64,000 nt of DNA. Source: an uncultured Pseudomonadota bacterium. Its GTDB lineage: Bacteria > Desulfobacterota > Binatia > Binatales > Binataceae. Below, piece by piece: positions 11,095 through 20,629 of this stretch (the first letter of the stretch is position 1; every line of letters starts with the position of its first letter). The stretch is taken from assembly GCA_963805995.1 (NCBI GenBank), contig CAWDWL010000002.1:135773-199772 (forward strand), given 5' to 3'. The notes beneath the pieces are model-generated. The model was not told the DNA's origin and searched no databases. It saw only the letters and a program-made list of their open reading frames with translations. Made by a program: the position numbers and the translations under genes.

Positions 11095-11811
11095 TCAGCT
11101 AGAAACCCGGCGCAGCATCTCGTGGTAGGCTTCTTCCACGCCGCCCAGGTCGCGGCGGAAGCGATCCTTGTCGAGCTTCTGCCGGGTGGCCTTGTCCCAG
11201 AAGCGGCAGGTGTCGGGACAAATCTCGTCGCCCAGCAGGATCTGCCCGTGATGACGTCCGAACTCCAGTTTGAAGTCCACCAGCAGGATTCCGCGCTCGT
11301 CGAGAAACTTGCTCAGCACCTCGTTGACGCGCAGGGCCAAGGACTTGATTTGGTCCAGTTCCTCCTGGGTCGCCCACTTAAAGGCCAACGCGTGCTCGGG
11401 CAGAACCAGCGGATCGTCAAGGGGGTCGGACTTGTAGTAATATTCAACAATCGGAAACGGAAGGTTCTCGCCCTCCTCGCGGCCCAGCCGCTTGGCCATC
11501 GAGCCGGCCACGACGTTGCGCACGACGGTTTCAACCGGAACGATTTCAAGCCGCTTGCACAGCATGTCGCGATCGTTCAACCGGCGCACGAAGTGCGTGC
11601 GCACCCCGTGTTTTTCGAGCAGGCCGAAGAACAGCTCGGACATGCGATTGTTGATGACGCCCTTTTGCTCGATCGTTCCCTTTTTCTTGGCGTTGAACGC
11701 GGTCGCGTCGTCCTTGAAGTAGGCGATCACCAAATCGGGGTCGGGGGTGGAGTAAAGCTTCTTCGCTTTACCCTCGTAAAACATTTCCAGTTTGGTGGGT
11801 TCCTGTTCCAT
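11095..11811 (-). CDS. purC: phosphoribosylaminoimidazole-succinocarboxamide synthase
   Basis: Start at MEQEPTKLEMFYEGKAKKLYSTPDP (11811) preceded by GGAGGA; SAICAR synthetase family; upstream part of ORF 11095..12081 is non-coding leader. Confidence 0.9.
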   Translation of the reverse strand: MEQEPTKLEMFYEGKAKKLYSTPDPDLVIAYFKDDATAFNAKKKGTIEQKGVINNRMSELFFGLLEKHGVRTHFVRRLNDRDMLCKRLEIVPVETVVRNVVAGSMAKRLGREEGENLPFPIVEYYYKSDPLDDPLVLPEHALAFKWATQEELDQIKSLALRVNEVLSKFLDERGILLVDFKLEFGRHHGQILLGDEICPDTCRFWDKATRQKLDKDRFRRDLGGVEEAYHEMLRRVSS

Positions 11812-12055
11812 GCTTCCTCCGCGCTTTGACCGGCCGCGCGGTTCAGAACGTGGCCTGAATCGCATCGCCGCGCGCGCGAAAATTTTGGAGACAAAAGCTT
11901 TAATTACCCAAGCGCCCGGAGTCGATAAACCTCCGGCGTCTGCGTTTATCAACAGAAGCTGTTGATTTCTTATTCTACCCTGCCCCGGACGGCGAAACGA
12001 CCCATCCCGGTCAAAAGATTTGGAGCCCCGCAGCCTAATTGGCGCTGCAGAGGTC

Positions 12056-12739
12056 TTAATCCGCCGGCCACGGAGCGCCAAAGCGGTCGAGTACCGCCAC
12101 CTCGTTTAGCGGACGGCGCTTGACCCCGCCGAACTTGTCGTCAGTGTACCCGATCGGCATCAACGCGAACGTTCGCACCTCGTCCGGCAGTCCCAGCACG
12201 CGCTTGACCTCCGCCTCCAGGATTACGTGATTGGTGGTTAGCACCGTTCCCAAACCGAGCGCGCGGCAAGCCAGGATGATGTTCTGAACGGCGGGATAAA
12301 TGCTTGCGCCGGCCACCCATGGCGCGGTGGAATTCATCGCCGCCTGGATTCCGGGTGGAATTGTGGAAGGCAACTGGGGTGCGGATACTCTCAGGCAGGG
12401 AAGCAGGAGCACCGGCGCCTCACCCATGTGTTCCCACAGATCAGCGCCACTGGCCAGCATCTTGCCATACTGCGCCTGGGTCGTATGCGCCGGACGGGGT
12501 CTGCTCAAGTACTTCTGTTCCACCCAGGCGCTGGCTGCGCGGTAGATATCGCCAATTTTGCGGCGCTGCCCGGCGTCGGTAATGACCACGAACAGCCAGT
12601 TCTGGCCATTACCGGCGGAGGGGGCCTGAATAGCCGCGTCCAGAATGCGGGTGATGATTTCGCGGGGTACGGGGTCGGGCCGGAAATGCCTGATTGCGCG
12701 CGCCGAATGAATCGCTTCGAAAAGATCCATGTCGTCCAC
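12056..12739 (-). CDS. nitroreductase-family protein
   Basis: 227 aa; …SAGNGQNWLFVVITD… and C-terminal …LMPIGYTDD… nitroreductase-fold motifs. Confidence 0.85.
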   Translation of the reverse strand: MDDMDLFEAIHSARAIRHFRPDPVPREIITRILDAAIQAPSAGNGQNWLFVVITDAGQRRKIGDIYRAASAWVEQKYLSRPRPAHTTQAQYGKMLASGADLWEHMGEAPVLLLPCLRVSAPQLPSTIPPGIQAAMNSTAPWVAGASIYPAVQNIILACRALGLGTVLTTNHVILEAEVKRVLGLPDEVRTFALMPIGYTDDKFGGVKRRPLNEVAVLDRFGAPWPAD

Positions 12740-12765
12740 TTTGCGCCTGCCTTGACCGGCGCTTT

Positions 12766-14175
12766 TCAGTCCGGCTTGCGCGCCGGGCTAAAGCGCTTCA
12801 CGAGTTCCGGCGCCAGGCCCACGTAGTTCTCAGGAGTCAAGCCGCGCAGCCGTTGCTTGGCGTCTTCATCCAACGGCAATTGCGCCACGAACTCCTCTAT
12901 GACCTGGCGCGACATAGTCCGCCCGCGGGTCAGTTCCTTCAGCGTTTCATAAGGATGGGGCAGACCGTAGCGGCGCATCAGGGTTTGAATGGCTTCGCTG
13001 ACCACTTCCCAGGACTGCTCCTCGGCCAACTCCGCGGCGACTTGTTTGCGATTGATCTCGACCAGCCCAAGTCCCCGTTCCAGCGCGCTCAACCCGATGA
13101 CCACGTGCCCGAAGGCCGACCCGATACTGCGCAGCGCGGTGCTGTCGGAGAGGTCACGCTGGAAGCGCGAAATCGGCAGCTTGACCGCAAGATGCTGGAG
13201 CAGGGCGCTGGCGACGCCGAGGTTGCCCTCGCAGTTCTCGAAGTCGATCGGATTGATTTTGTGCGGCATGGTCGAAGACCCGACCTCTCCGGGAACCGGG
13301 CGCTGGGTGAAGTAGGCCCGCGAGATGTAGCCCCACATGTCGCGCGAAAAGTCGATCAAAATCGTGTTGATGCGCACCGTCACGTCGAACAGCTCGGCCA
13401 TGAAATCGTGGCTTTCAATCTGGGTGGTCAGCGGGGCCCAGACCAGACCCAGCGATTCGACCAAAGCTTTGGAATGCGCGATCCAGTCGACCTCGGGGTA
13501 GGCAAAATGATGCGCGTTGAAGTTGCCCACCGCGCCGTTCGCCTTGCCCAGGTATTCCTGCTTTTCGAGCTGCCTCAGTTGGCGCTCCAGACGCGCGGCA
13601 AAGATCGCCATCTCCTTGCCCGCCGTGGTCGGCGTCGCCGCCTGTCCATGGGTCAGACTGAGCATCGCCACCTCGCGCAAGCGATGCGCCATCGTGGCGA
13701 CCGTCGCCACGATCTTGTCCAGACGCGGGATCAGATCCCGGGTTACGAACTCTTTCAAAATGAGCGCGTAAGCGATGCTGTTGATGTCCTCGGAAGTGCA
13801 GGCGAAATGCACCATCTCAAGGCTGAGACCGGGGTCGACCGCCGCCATCCGCTCCTTGACGAAATATTCGACCGCCTTGACGTCGTGGTTAACCGCGCGC
13901 TCCAGGGCCTTGACCCTGCGGGCGTCGGCCAGCGCGAAGTCCTGGTAAATCGCGCACAGCCTTTTCGCGAGGTCCGGCGCCAGCGGCGCCACCGCGTCAA
14001 TCGCGGGATTAGCCGCCAGCGACAGGTACCATTCGATCTCGACCTCGACGCGGTAGCGAATCAGGGCGAATTCGCTGAAAAAGCGCTCCAGCGCGCGCGT
14101 CCGGGTACGGTAGCGGCCGTCGATCGGACTGACCGCAAGCAGCGCCGAATCGTTATCTGCCTCTTCCTTATTCAT
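12766..14175 (-). CDS. purB: adenylosuccinate lyase
   Basis: Start MNKEEADNDSALLAVSPIDGRY at 14175; fumarate-lyase signature GSSTMPHKINP present; 470 aa. Confidence 0.9.
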   Translation of the reverse strand: MNKEEADNDSALLAVSPIDGRYRTRTRALERFFSEFALIRYRVEVEIEWYLSLAANPAIDAVAPLAPDLAKRLCAIYQDFALADARRVKALERAVNHDVKAVEYFVKERMAAVDPGLSLEMVHFACTSEDINSIAYALILKEFVTRDLIPRLDKIVATVATMAHRLREVAMLSLTHGQAATPTTAGKEMAIFAARLERQLRQLEKQEYLGKANGAVGNFNAHHFAYPEVDWIAHSKALVESLGLVWAPLTTQIESHDFMAELFDVTVRINTILIDFSRDMWGYISRAYFTQRPVPGEVGSSTMPHKINPIDFENCEGNLGVASALLQHLAVKLPISRFQRDLSDSTALRSIGSAFGHVVIGLSALERGLGLVEINRKQVAAELAEEQSWEVVSEAIQTLMRRYGLPHPYETLKELTRGRTMSRQVIEEFVAQLPLDEDAKQRLRGLTPENYVGLAPELVKRFSPARKPD

Positions 14176-14215
14176 CTCATTGCGCGACCCCCGTGTCTTC
14201 CCGGCCGCGAATATT

Positions 14216-14677
14216 TCAGCGCCCCGTGTGCCCGAATCCGCCCTCGCCCCTGCCGGTGTCAGCCAACACCTCGACCTCCTGCACAGTGGCGCGCGCGACC
14301 GGAGCAATGACCAGTTGGGCGATGCGGTCGCCGGGTTCGATCAAGACCGGTGCACGGCCAAGGTTGACCACGATCACCTGGATTTCGCCCCGGTAGTCGG
14401 AATCGATTGTACCCGGAGTGTTGAGCAGGGTCAGGCCCTCGCGCAACGCGCGACCGCTGCGCGGGCGCACCTGTCCCTCGAAATCGGAGGGAATCTCGAC
14501 CGCAATCCCGGTGGGAACCGCGCATCGATCCAGGGATTGCAGTGTGATTGCGGCATCGATGTCGGCCAGCAGGTCCATGCCTGCCGCTCCCGCGCTGTGA
14601 TAGGCGGGCAATGGTAATGCGCTGTTGCGTATCCGCTTTACTTTTACAACCAAATTCAACGCCGGGCACCCGCGCAT
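14216..14677 (-). CDS. dut: dUTP diphosphatase
   Basis: …LPLPAYHSAGAAGMDL…GTIDSDYRGEIQVIVVNLG…RIAQLVI… canonical dUTPase motifs; 153 aa. Confidence 0.85.
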   Translation of the reverse strand: MRGCPALNLVVKVKRIRNSALPLPAYHSAGAAGMDLLADIDAAITLQSLDRCAVPTGIAVEIPSDFEGQVRPRSGRALREGLTLLNTPGTIDSDYRGEIQVIVVNLGRAPVLIEPGDRIAQLVIAPVARATVQEVEVLADTGRGEGGFGHTGR

Positions 14678-14873
14678 ACTTTAGCTCAACCCCGGCGCGG
14701 AGCGGAGCATCCGCGATACCGTCATTGAGCTATCCGACCGGCTGGAAACGGGGCTTGATCGGCCGCCCGGCTAAATTGTGTCCCGGATTGACTTAAGATG
14801 CCTGATTCGCGCAGATTATCTCAGTCTCGCACAAGAGGTTTGGGCTCGTTATGAAAAAGGGGCCAGCTTGCTC

Positions 14874-15365
14874 ATGAAACAATCCATCCGTTTAACAATT
14901 ATCGTTGCGGCCTGCCTGCTCCTGCTTTCATTGCAGGGTTCGATCGCCCGCGCCCAGACGGCCAAGGTCGGAGTCCTGACTTGCAAGGTTGCGGGAGGTT
15001 TCGGGTATATTGTCGGTTCCAGACGCGTCATCAGATGCACCTATTCATCCAAACCCGGCTCCTCGGAAGATTATGAGGGCACGCTGTCGATAATCGGACT
15101 GGATCTGGGCTACCTCGCCTCCGCCACATTGGTGTGGGCCGTCTTCGCCCCGACCACTGACATGGGTATCGGCGCCCTGGCGGGAAACTATGCGGGTGCG
15201 GGAGCGCGGGCGACCGCCGGTTTGGGCGTGGGAGTTAACGTGATGACCGGCTTTGGCAATTCCATCATGCTGCAACCGGTCAGCGTCGAAGGGAGTTCGG
15301 GACTGTACGTGGGCCTGGGAGTGGCGGGGATGACCCTGAAGCCCAACCTGCAGGATTATTACTAG
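14874..15365 (+). CDS. secreted DUF992-family protein (signal peptide, Gly-rich)
   Basis: Start MKQSIRLTIIVAACLLLLSLQGSIARAQT (signal peptide) then KVGVLTCKVAGGFGYIVGS…; resembles DUF992. Confidence 0.7.
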   Translation: MKQSIRLTIIVAACLLLLSLQGSIARAQTAKVGVLTCKVAGGFGYIVGSRRVIRCTYSSKPGSSEDYEGTLSIIGLDLGYLASATLVWAVFAPTTDMGIGALAGNYAGAGARATAGLGVGVNVMTGFGNSIMLQPVSVEGSSGLYVGLGVAGMTLKPNLQDYY

Positions 15366-15441
15366 ATCGGCGTAGCACTGAAATCGGCACCGCCGAAGCT
15401 GTCGGACAAGACCCAAACGCGGCCGGCAAAGTCGATCATCC

Positions 15442-15984
15442 ATGCCGCGACTACCTGACATCGTCATGCCGCAGCCGCGAGTTCTTTTCGTCGGCATCAA
15501 CCCCAGCCTGCGTTCCCAGGCTGTGGGCCATCATTTTGCGAGTCCCGGCAATCCCTTCTTCCGTCTCTTGTACGAAGCCCGCATTGTTCCGGCCCAGATC
15601 ACCTATGTCGACGACCGCCGGCTGTCGGAGTTTGGGCTGGCGCTAACGAACCTGTGCCCACGCGCGACCCGTGCCGCGTCAGAGCTGACTTCGGAGGAAA
15701 TCAAACGCGGTCAACGGGCATTGATAAGAAAAATTGCACGCCTGCGTCCGGCAATTGTTGCTTTCGTCGGCATCAGCATCTACCGGAACCTGTTGGGTAA
15801 GACCGGTGTCCCAGGCCCAGGCGCAAAGCCCGATATAATCCACGGCGCCCGCGTGTTCGTCCTGCCCAATCCGAGCGGCCTCAATGCCAGCTTTCCGGGC
15901 TTCCGGGACAAGTTGGTGTGGTTCGAACAACTGCGCGAATTCCTCGAGTCAGACGCCGGTCAAATACCGGCGGCATCGCACTAG
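15442..15984 (+). CDS. mug: G/U mismatch-specific uracil-DNA glycosylase (UDG family 2)
   Basis: …RVLFVGINPSLRSQAVGHHFASPGNPFF… and …VFVLPNPSGLNASFP… match E. coli Mug motifs (GINPGL…, LPNPSGLS). Confidence 0.85.
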   Translation: MPRLPDIVMPQPRVLFVGINPSLRSQAVGHHFASPGNPFFRLLYEARIVPAQITYVDDRRLSEFGLALTNLCPRATRAASELTSEEIKRGQRALIRKIARLRPAIVAFVGISIYRNLLGKTGVPGPGAKPDIIHGARVFVLPNPSGLNASFPGFRDKLVWFEQLREFLESDAGQIPAASH

Positions 15985-16016
15985 AGCGCGGTCTTTGCCT
16001 GACCACTGCGGCGACA

Positions 16017-16469
16017 ATGAAAAAACTTCTCGTCCCCTCATGTAACGCCAAGGGTGCGATTTTCATTCGCCTGGCGGTAGGCTCAATCTTCTTCACCCAG
16101 GGAATCCTTAAATATATCGACCCGCATATGGGTCTGCTCCGATTTACCAGGATCGGGTTCCCGTTGCCCGGTTTCACGGCCCACTTCGTCGGCGCCTTCG
16201 AGATTGCCTGCGGCTCGATGGTCCTGATTGGCCTCTTCACCCGGATCGCCAGCATTCCGCTTCTGATCGTAATCCTGACCGCGATCGCGACCACCAAAAT
16301 CCCGGAATTGTTCCGCCCCAACCAGGGCTTTTGGTTCATGATAAGCGACGCGAGAACGGACTTTGCGATGACGATGGGTCTGCTCTTCCTGATCAGCGCC
16401 GGCCCCGGCCCATGGGCTGCCGACGCTTTGATATGGAAACCCGATTCAGTTTCTCGCGGCGGCGATTGA
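16017..16469 (+). CDS. DoxX-family membrane protein
   Basis: Start MKKLLVPS…; about four hydrophobic helices; DoxX-like. Confidence 0.75.
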   Translation: MKKLLVPSCNAKGAIFIRLAVGSIFFTQGILKYIDPHMGLLRFTRIGFPLPGFTAHFVGAFEIACGSMVLIGLFTRIASIPLLIVILTAIATTKIPELFRPNQGFWFMISDARTDFAMTMGLLFLISAGPGPWAADALIWKPDSVSRGGD

Positions 16470-16655
16470 GCGCTGCGCGAAATCTGCGGCGCAGACCTGC
16501 TGACCAGTGTTGGTCATCACCTCCGCACGCGGCGCGTTTCTGTGTCATCACCGCAGCCTGCATCTGTATCCCGGTGTGCCGATGTCGCCTCGATTCCGAT
16601 GTGATCGTCGTTGGCTATCGCCGCTTCTGCCCCGGCTTCGAAGACCATCGGCCGA

Positions 16656-16922
16656 TCACGACACCTTGATTACAATCCGGACCGGTCGCGCGTATGACAG
16701 GTCCCCGGGCATTTCCTCTGCCACGCGGACCGGTGCCGCATCCGGTGCGAATTCATATTCTACTTCGGCGACTTTGCCTGCGCTGGCGCCGGCCAGGCGA
16801 ATGCTCTCTCCCACCCGCGGAATCGCCTGCAAGGCGTCAAATGGCACGCGCCAGGTTTTTCCCGAGATTTCCAACACCAAACACTCGGAGTCTACGCTCC
16901 GCTCGGTTTTGAGATCGCTCAT
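16656..16922 (-). CDS. hypothetical protein (89 aa)
   Basis: Start MSDLKTERS at 16922 preceded by AAGGAGAAAT RBS; no family recognised. Confidence 0.55.
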   Translation of the reverse strand: MSDLKTERSVDSECLVLEISGKTWRVPFDALQAIPRVGESIRLAGASAGKVAEVEYEFAPDAAPVRVAEEMPGDLSYARPVRIVIKVS

Positions 16923-17207
16923 CAAATTTCTCCTTGGAATTGATTCCCGACACACGCTCAATTGCGAACATTCCCATCGTGATTATAGACCGGATCGTCA
17001 AAGAGCACGCATACTATTTTTTTTCATTTGTTCCCTGACCTGGTTAGGAGAAGGTTAGGAAGAGTTGCGCATCTCGCCACCACAGTGTCGATAAACTGTT
17101 CGCAGCTTGAAAGCAGGATTCTGATTGACGCCAGCTCCCTGACCAGGGATCTGGTTAAGACAGCCTTTCCAGGCTGTCAGTTCTCTAGCTCCGGGCCCTC
17201 CGGGAGA

Positions 17208-17957
17208 ATGGGAACTGAAAGTATGCACACAGCCTTAGAATCGAACCATCGTGGAGCTTACGCGTTAGTGGTTTGCGATGAGATGAAGGGCGACTCGATT
17301 CCAACGGGTTTTCCAGTTCTTCACACAATGTCTTGGCAGTCCGCGCGCAAGTTGTGGCACTTATTCGTTCTCTGTTCCGCTTCGCACTTGCCCGCGGCTG
17401 CAAAGTTGGTCAGCAAGATGAACCGGGAACACAAGCTTCAGGCTAACGCCACTGTTGCGGGCGACCGTCTGATCGTAATCTCGTGCGAGCCTATGACATA
17501 CGAACTGGGCTTCGACCAAATACCGGCCTTAAGCAAGCTCCCAGCTTCTGAGCGGTGCAATTTCGAAATTGCTCAAGACGGAAGCTTTATCTGGTGGCCT
17601 TCACGGGATATCCACCTGGACCTCGACGCTATCAGAAGCGTGGTTGATCCGGGGTGGCGCCGGAAATCAGAGCGTTTGAGACGCGCTCACGGTCGCGCAT
17701 ATGGAGCAGCGATAGCCACGATGCGAAGAGAACGCGGGCTTAAGCAGACCGAGGTGCCGGGCATCTCGGAACGGCAGTTGAGACGAATTGAGCAAAGCGG
17801 TGCCGTTTCCGTTCGGACGTTGAAACAGCTCGCCGGGGCTCACCACGTGAGCCTTGAGGACTATATGGACGCGGTCGCGAGCAAGATACCGTTGTCAGCG
17901 CGGCGTAACTCGAAGTTAGCGTCGCCCAGGAAACCGGCGTCTCATCAATTGCCCTGA
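17208..17957 (+). CDS. DUF2442 domain fused to an XRE-type HTH domain; start uncertain (frame open from TTG 17028; other candidates ATG 17208 and 17418)
   Basis: …CNFEIAQDGSFIWWPSRDIHLDLDAIRSV… (DUF2442-like) followed by …MRRERGLKQTEVPGISERQLRRIEQSGAVSVRTLKQLAGAHHVSLEDY… (XRE HTH); lower-GC segment with rare AGG/AGA/TTA codons at the 5' end. Confidence 0.5.
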   Translation: MGTESMHTALESNHRGAYALVVCDEMKGDSIPTGFPVLHTMSWQSARKLWHLFVLCSASHLPAAAKLVSKMNREHKLQANATVAGDRLIVISCEPMTYELGFDQIPALSKLPASERCNFEIAQDGSFIWWPSRDIHLDLDAIRSVVDPGWRRKSERLRRAHGRAYGAAIATMRRERGLKQTEVPGISERQLRRIEQSGAVSVRTLKQLAGAHHVSLEDYMDAVASKIPLSARRNSKLASPRKPASHQLP

Positions 17958-19426
17958 TCCCCCGCCGGGTCAGCCCCCATTTCCACAGTTGACCGGACCT
18001 GCTGGTCCACTATTGTGCCCTTGAAAAAATCCGGGTTGGCGCCGGTCCAGAAGCGGACCGCGTTGGCAAACACAAAGTCGCGGAAGTCATCTTCGCCGAT
18101 CAATGACTCTTCGACCAGTTCATAGGCCTCGGGCAAGACCTCGCCCATGTCCGGGACGTCGAAATGGCCGATATCCGATCCGAACAACGCGTTGAGCCGC
18201 GCCCCGTAAGGATTGACTTTGCGGTTGAACGCCCAGGCATTGGTGGGGTCGTCCGCCTCGCATCCGAAGTAAAAGCTGGGCACGAAAAGATCGCGGATAT
18301 CTTCGGCGCGCCGGATTCCGCACGCCGCAAAATCGTCCAGCTGCTCGGGCGCTCCGCCTCGCATCAGCGCCCGATCCTCGATCTCGCCGCCCGACTTGCG
18401 CAGATATTCGGCCATCGCTTCGCCGCCATAGCGCGCGGCCAACTCGGTGAGCAGCGGACGGTTAAGATTGGCTGGATTTACCGCCTCCAGCGCCTCGAGG
18501 TTGCGCTTCTTCCAGTGGCCAATCAGATCCGAGTACAGGTTGCACGCCCATCCGACGCCGCCTTCCAGGAATGCAAACTTCAGTTGCGGAAAGCGCGCCG
18601 TTACTCCGCCCAGGAACAGGGCCTTGCACACCGCCTCGCCGGCAGCGGCGAAATGGCCGATATGGTTGTAAACGAAATTGGTCGGCGACGTCCGCAGCCC
18701 GAACCCGCGCGACCCCGAATGAAAGGTCGGCGCGACGCCCAGTTCCTGGCACTTCGCCCACACCGGGTCGTAATCGTATTGGCCGTCGAGTCCAACGGTA
18801 TCGTACCAACTCGCAAAGCGGGCCGCTGGTGGCACTTTGCGCGCGATCGCCTCGATCGGACGCCGCATCAGGCTGGCCATCACCACCACTTTGAGCCCCA
18901 GCTTTCCCACCGCGTATTCCAGCTCCGCAATCGCCTCATCGGGCGTATCCATTGGAATCACCGCCGCCGGCGTCATCCGGTCCGCGAGCGGGCCAAACTC
19001 CTGCGCGATATAGGTATTGAAGGCGCGGCAGGTCGCGTGACGCGTATCGGCGTCGGGATTAAACGCGATCCCCAATGCGCCAGTGGGATACAGCACCGCG
19101 AAGTCCAGGCCGAGCTCGTCCAGACGCTCGTAAAGCAGGCGCGGGAACAGCGAAGTGGCGCGATCGACCGTGTTCGCGGTCGGAAACGACCACCATCCCT
19201 GCTGCGCCGCGCGCCGGGCGCGCCGTTCGTCGTCGCTGAATGAGAGCACCCGGGTGATAAGGCCTTCGACGGCGGCGAAGCCGTCGGCCGCCTTGTCGCC
19301 GCCAATGCGTCTGATGAACTCCTTCACCACGGGCGTGAACTCCACCCAATGGCCGTCGGCGTCGATCACCGGATGTTTCAGCCGGGATCGAATTAACGCT
19401 GCCTTGCTGCTGTGATTCGCGGACAT
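17945..19426 (-). CDS. amidohydrolase-2 family protein (PF04909-type metal-dependent hydrolase/decarboxylase), 493 aa
   Basis: Start MSANHSSKAALIRSRLKHPVIDADGHWVEF at 19426 with AGGGAG RBS; the upstream 184 aa of ORF 17945..19978 are low complexity and not coding. Confidence 0.85.
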   Translation of the reverse strand: MSANHSSKAALIRSRLKHPVIDADGHWVEFTPVVKEFIRRIGGDKAADGFAAVEGLITRVLSFSDDERRARRAAQQGWWSFPTANTVDRATSLFPRLLYERLDELGLDFAVLYPTGALGIAFNPDADTRHATCRAFNTYIAQEFGPLADRMTPAAVIPMDTPDEAIAELEYAVGKLGLKVVVMASLMRRPIEAIARKVPPAARFASWYDTVGLDGQYDYDPVWAKCQELGVAPTFHSGSRGFGLRTSPTNFVYNHIGHFAAAGEAVCKALFLGGVTARFPQLKFAFLEGGVGWACNLYSDLIGHWKKRNLEALEAVNPANLNRPLLTELAARYGGEAMAEYLRKSGGEIEDRALMRGGAPEQLDDFAACGIRRAEDIRDLFVPSFYFGCEADDPTNAWAFNRKVNPYGARLNALFGSDIGHFDVPDMGEVLPEAYELVEESLIGEDDFRDFVFANAVRFWTGANPDFFKGTIVDQQVRSTVEMGADPAGDQGN

Positions 19427-19560
19427 GGCTTGATCTCCCTGATAAAACAACGGTAACCCAATAAGCTGTCCATAGCGCAGCTTTGCCGGAAAAGCACGCC
19501 CCCGGGGACAGGGGCGGTCCCCTGAGCGTCTTATCGCAGTTGGCGAAGCCTTTGCGCCGG

Positions 19561-20424
19561 TCAGACTTCGAGCATCTGACGGGCCTCTTCCGGAGTCGCA
19601 ACCTCGTGGCCCATCGACCTGATGATCGTGGCGGCGCGCTCCACCAGTTGCGCGTTGCTGAACTGACCCTCGCGCGTGTACTGGTAGTCCTCCAGGCCGA
19701 CGCGCACGTGCCCGCCCATCGCCACCGCCAGCGGCACCAACGGCATCACGTCCCCGCCCAGCGTGGCGACAAACCAGTGGCATCGCACACCGCCCAACAG
19801 ATCGAGGTACGCTTCCAGGCTCTTGAGCGTCGGCGGCAGGCCCATCGGCAATGCCGGTCCACCGAAGTAGAATTTGATCATCAGGGGCTCGGTCAGAATT
19901 CCCTGTTCGAGGAAAAGCAAAATCGTGCGCAGAAAGGTCGCGTCGAAGACCTGCAGCGTCGAACGCTTGATTCCGCATTCATGCAAGAGCGCCAAGGCTT
20001 CGCGCAGGTGATCGATCGAATTCTCGTAAACGCCGCCCCTCAAAGTCCTGGTCCGGGCGTCCCACGAGAGGTAGTTGAGCGAACCCATATCGAGCGCGCC
20101 CAGGTCCGGCTTGGCCGCGGGTTCCTTCGACAGCTCAACGAAATGTGCATAGCGCTTGCGCGCGTCGCGTGCGGGCGGCAGCGTCGGGAACAGCAGCGCC
20201 CCGCATTGCTCCCGGATGCGCCTGAAAACCTCGGCGTAGTAAGCCACCTCGTGCGACCATTCGCCGGTCACCGGATTGCGCACGTGCGGATGGATCAGGG
20301 AGGCGCCCGCTTTGCACGCCGCGATGGCGTCTTGCGCTATCTCTTGGGGTGAGTAAGCGATGTGCCGATTGGCCTCGCGCATCGCATTGCCGTTGATTGC
20401 CGCCTCGATCATTACTTTGGCCAT
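19561..20424 (-). CDS. 3-keto-5-aminohexanoate cleavage enzyme family (BKACE / DUF849)
   Basis: 287 aa; MAKVMIEAAINGNAMREANRHIAYSPQEIAQDAIAACKAGASLIHPHVRNP… typical BKACE N-terminus. Confidence 0.85.
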   Translation of the reverse strand: MAKVMIEAAINGNAMREANRHIAYSPQEIAQDAIAACKAGASLIHPHVRNPVTGEWSHEVAYYAEVFRRIREQCGALLFPTLPPARDARKRYAHFVELSKEPAAKPDLGALDMGSLNYLSWDARTRTLRGGVYENSIDHLREALALLHECGIKRSTLQVFDATFLRTILLFLEQGILTEPLMIKFYFGGPALPMGLPPTLKSLEAYLDLLGGVRCHWFVATLGGDVMPLVPLAVAMGGHVRVGLEDYQYTREGQFSNAQLVERAATIIRSMGHEVATPEEARQMLEV

Positions 20425-20629
20425 TTGCAGGCTCCTTAACGGAAAAGCTGCCGTTGGTGCGACTGTTGTCGATGCGCCTGCTATGATGGAATAGGTTGCG
20501 GTTGAGATGAAAGAGGCGCGTCAGACCGGATACCATGGCCGGCCGCGGGTGAAAATGAACCGGTAACATTGACGGCGGCAACGCCGGCGCGATAATCGAA
20601 GTTAGGCGAGGAGCTAAGGGAGGCACTTT

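Noticed and set aside
11960-11985. UUCUACC purine-riboswitch-like motif
   Set aside because: It is on the + strand, where no gene follows, and the other purine-aptamer signatures are absent.
12694-14310. 538-aa + strand ORF
   Set aside because: Exactly antisense to purB (12766-14175), which has clear homology. This is a high-GC antisense open frame with low-complexity R/A/G-rich translation.
16331-16669. 112-aa + strand ORF after DoxX
   Set aside because: No RBS and an Arg/Cys-rich low-complexity translation. It overlaps the minus-strand gene 16656-16922.
17230-17260. tRNA-like T-arm sequence (ggttcgattc on the minus strand)
   Set aside because: No pairing T-stem or acceptor stem can be formed. 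It lies inside an open reading frame.
18164-19243. 359-aa + strand ORF
   Set aside because: Antisense to the amidohydrolase-2 gene 17945-19426.
19427-19978. 184-codon N-terminal extension of ORF 17945..19978
   Set aside because: The extension is low-complexity Arg/Gly/Asp-rich. The homologous protein starts at MSANHSS (19426) with a good RBS.
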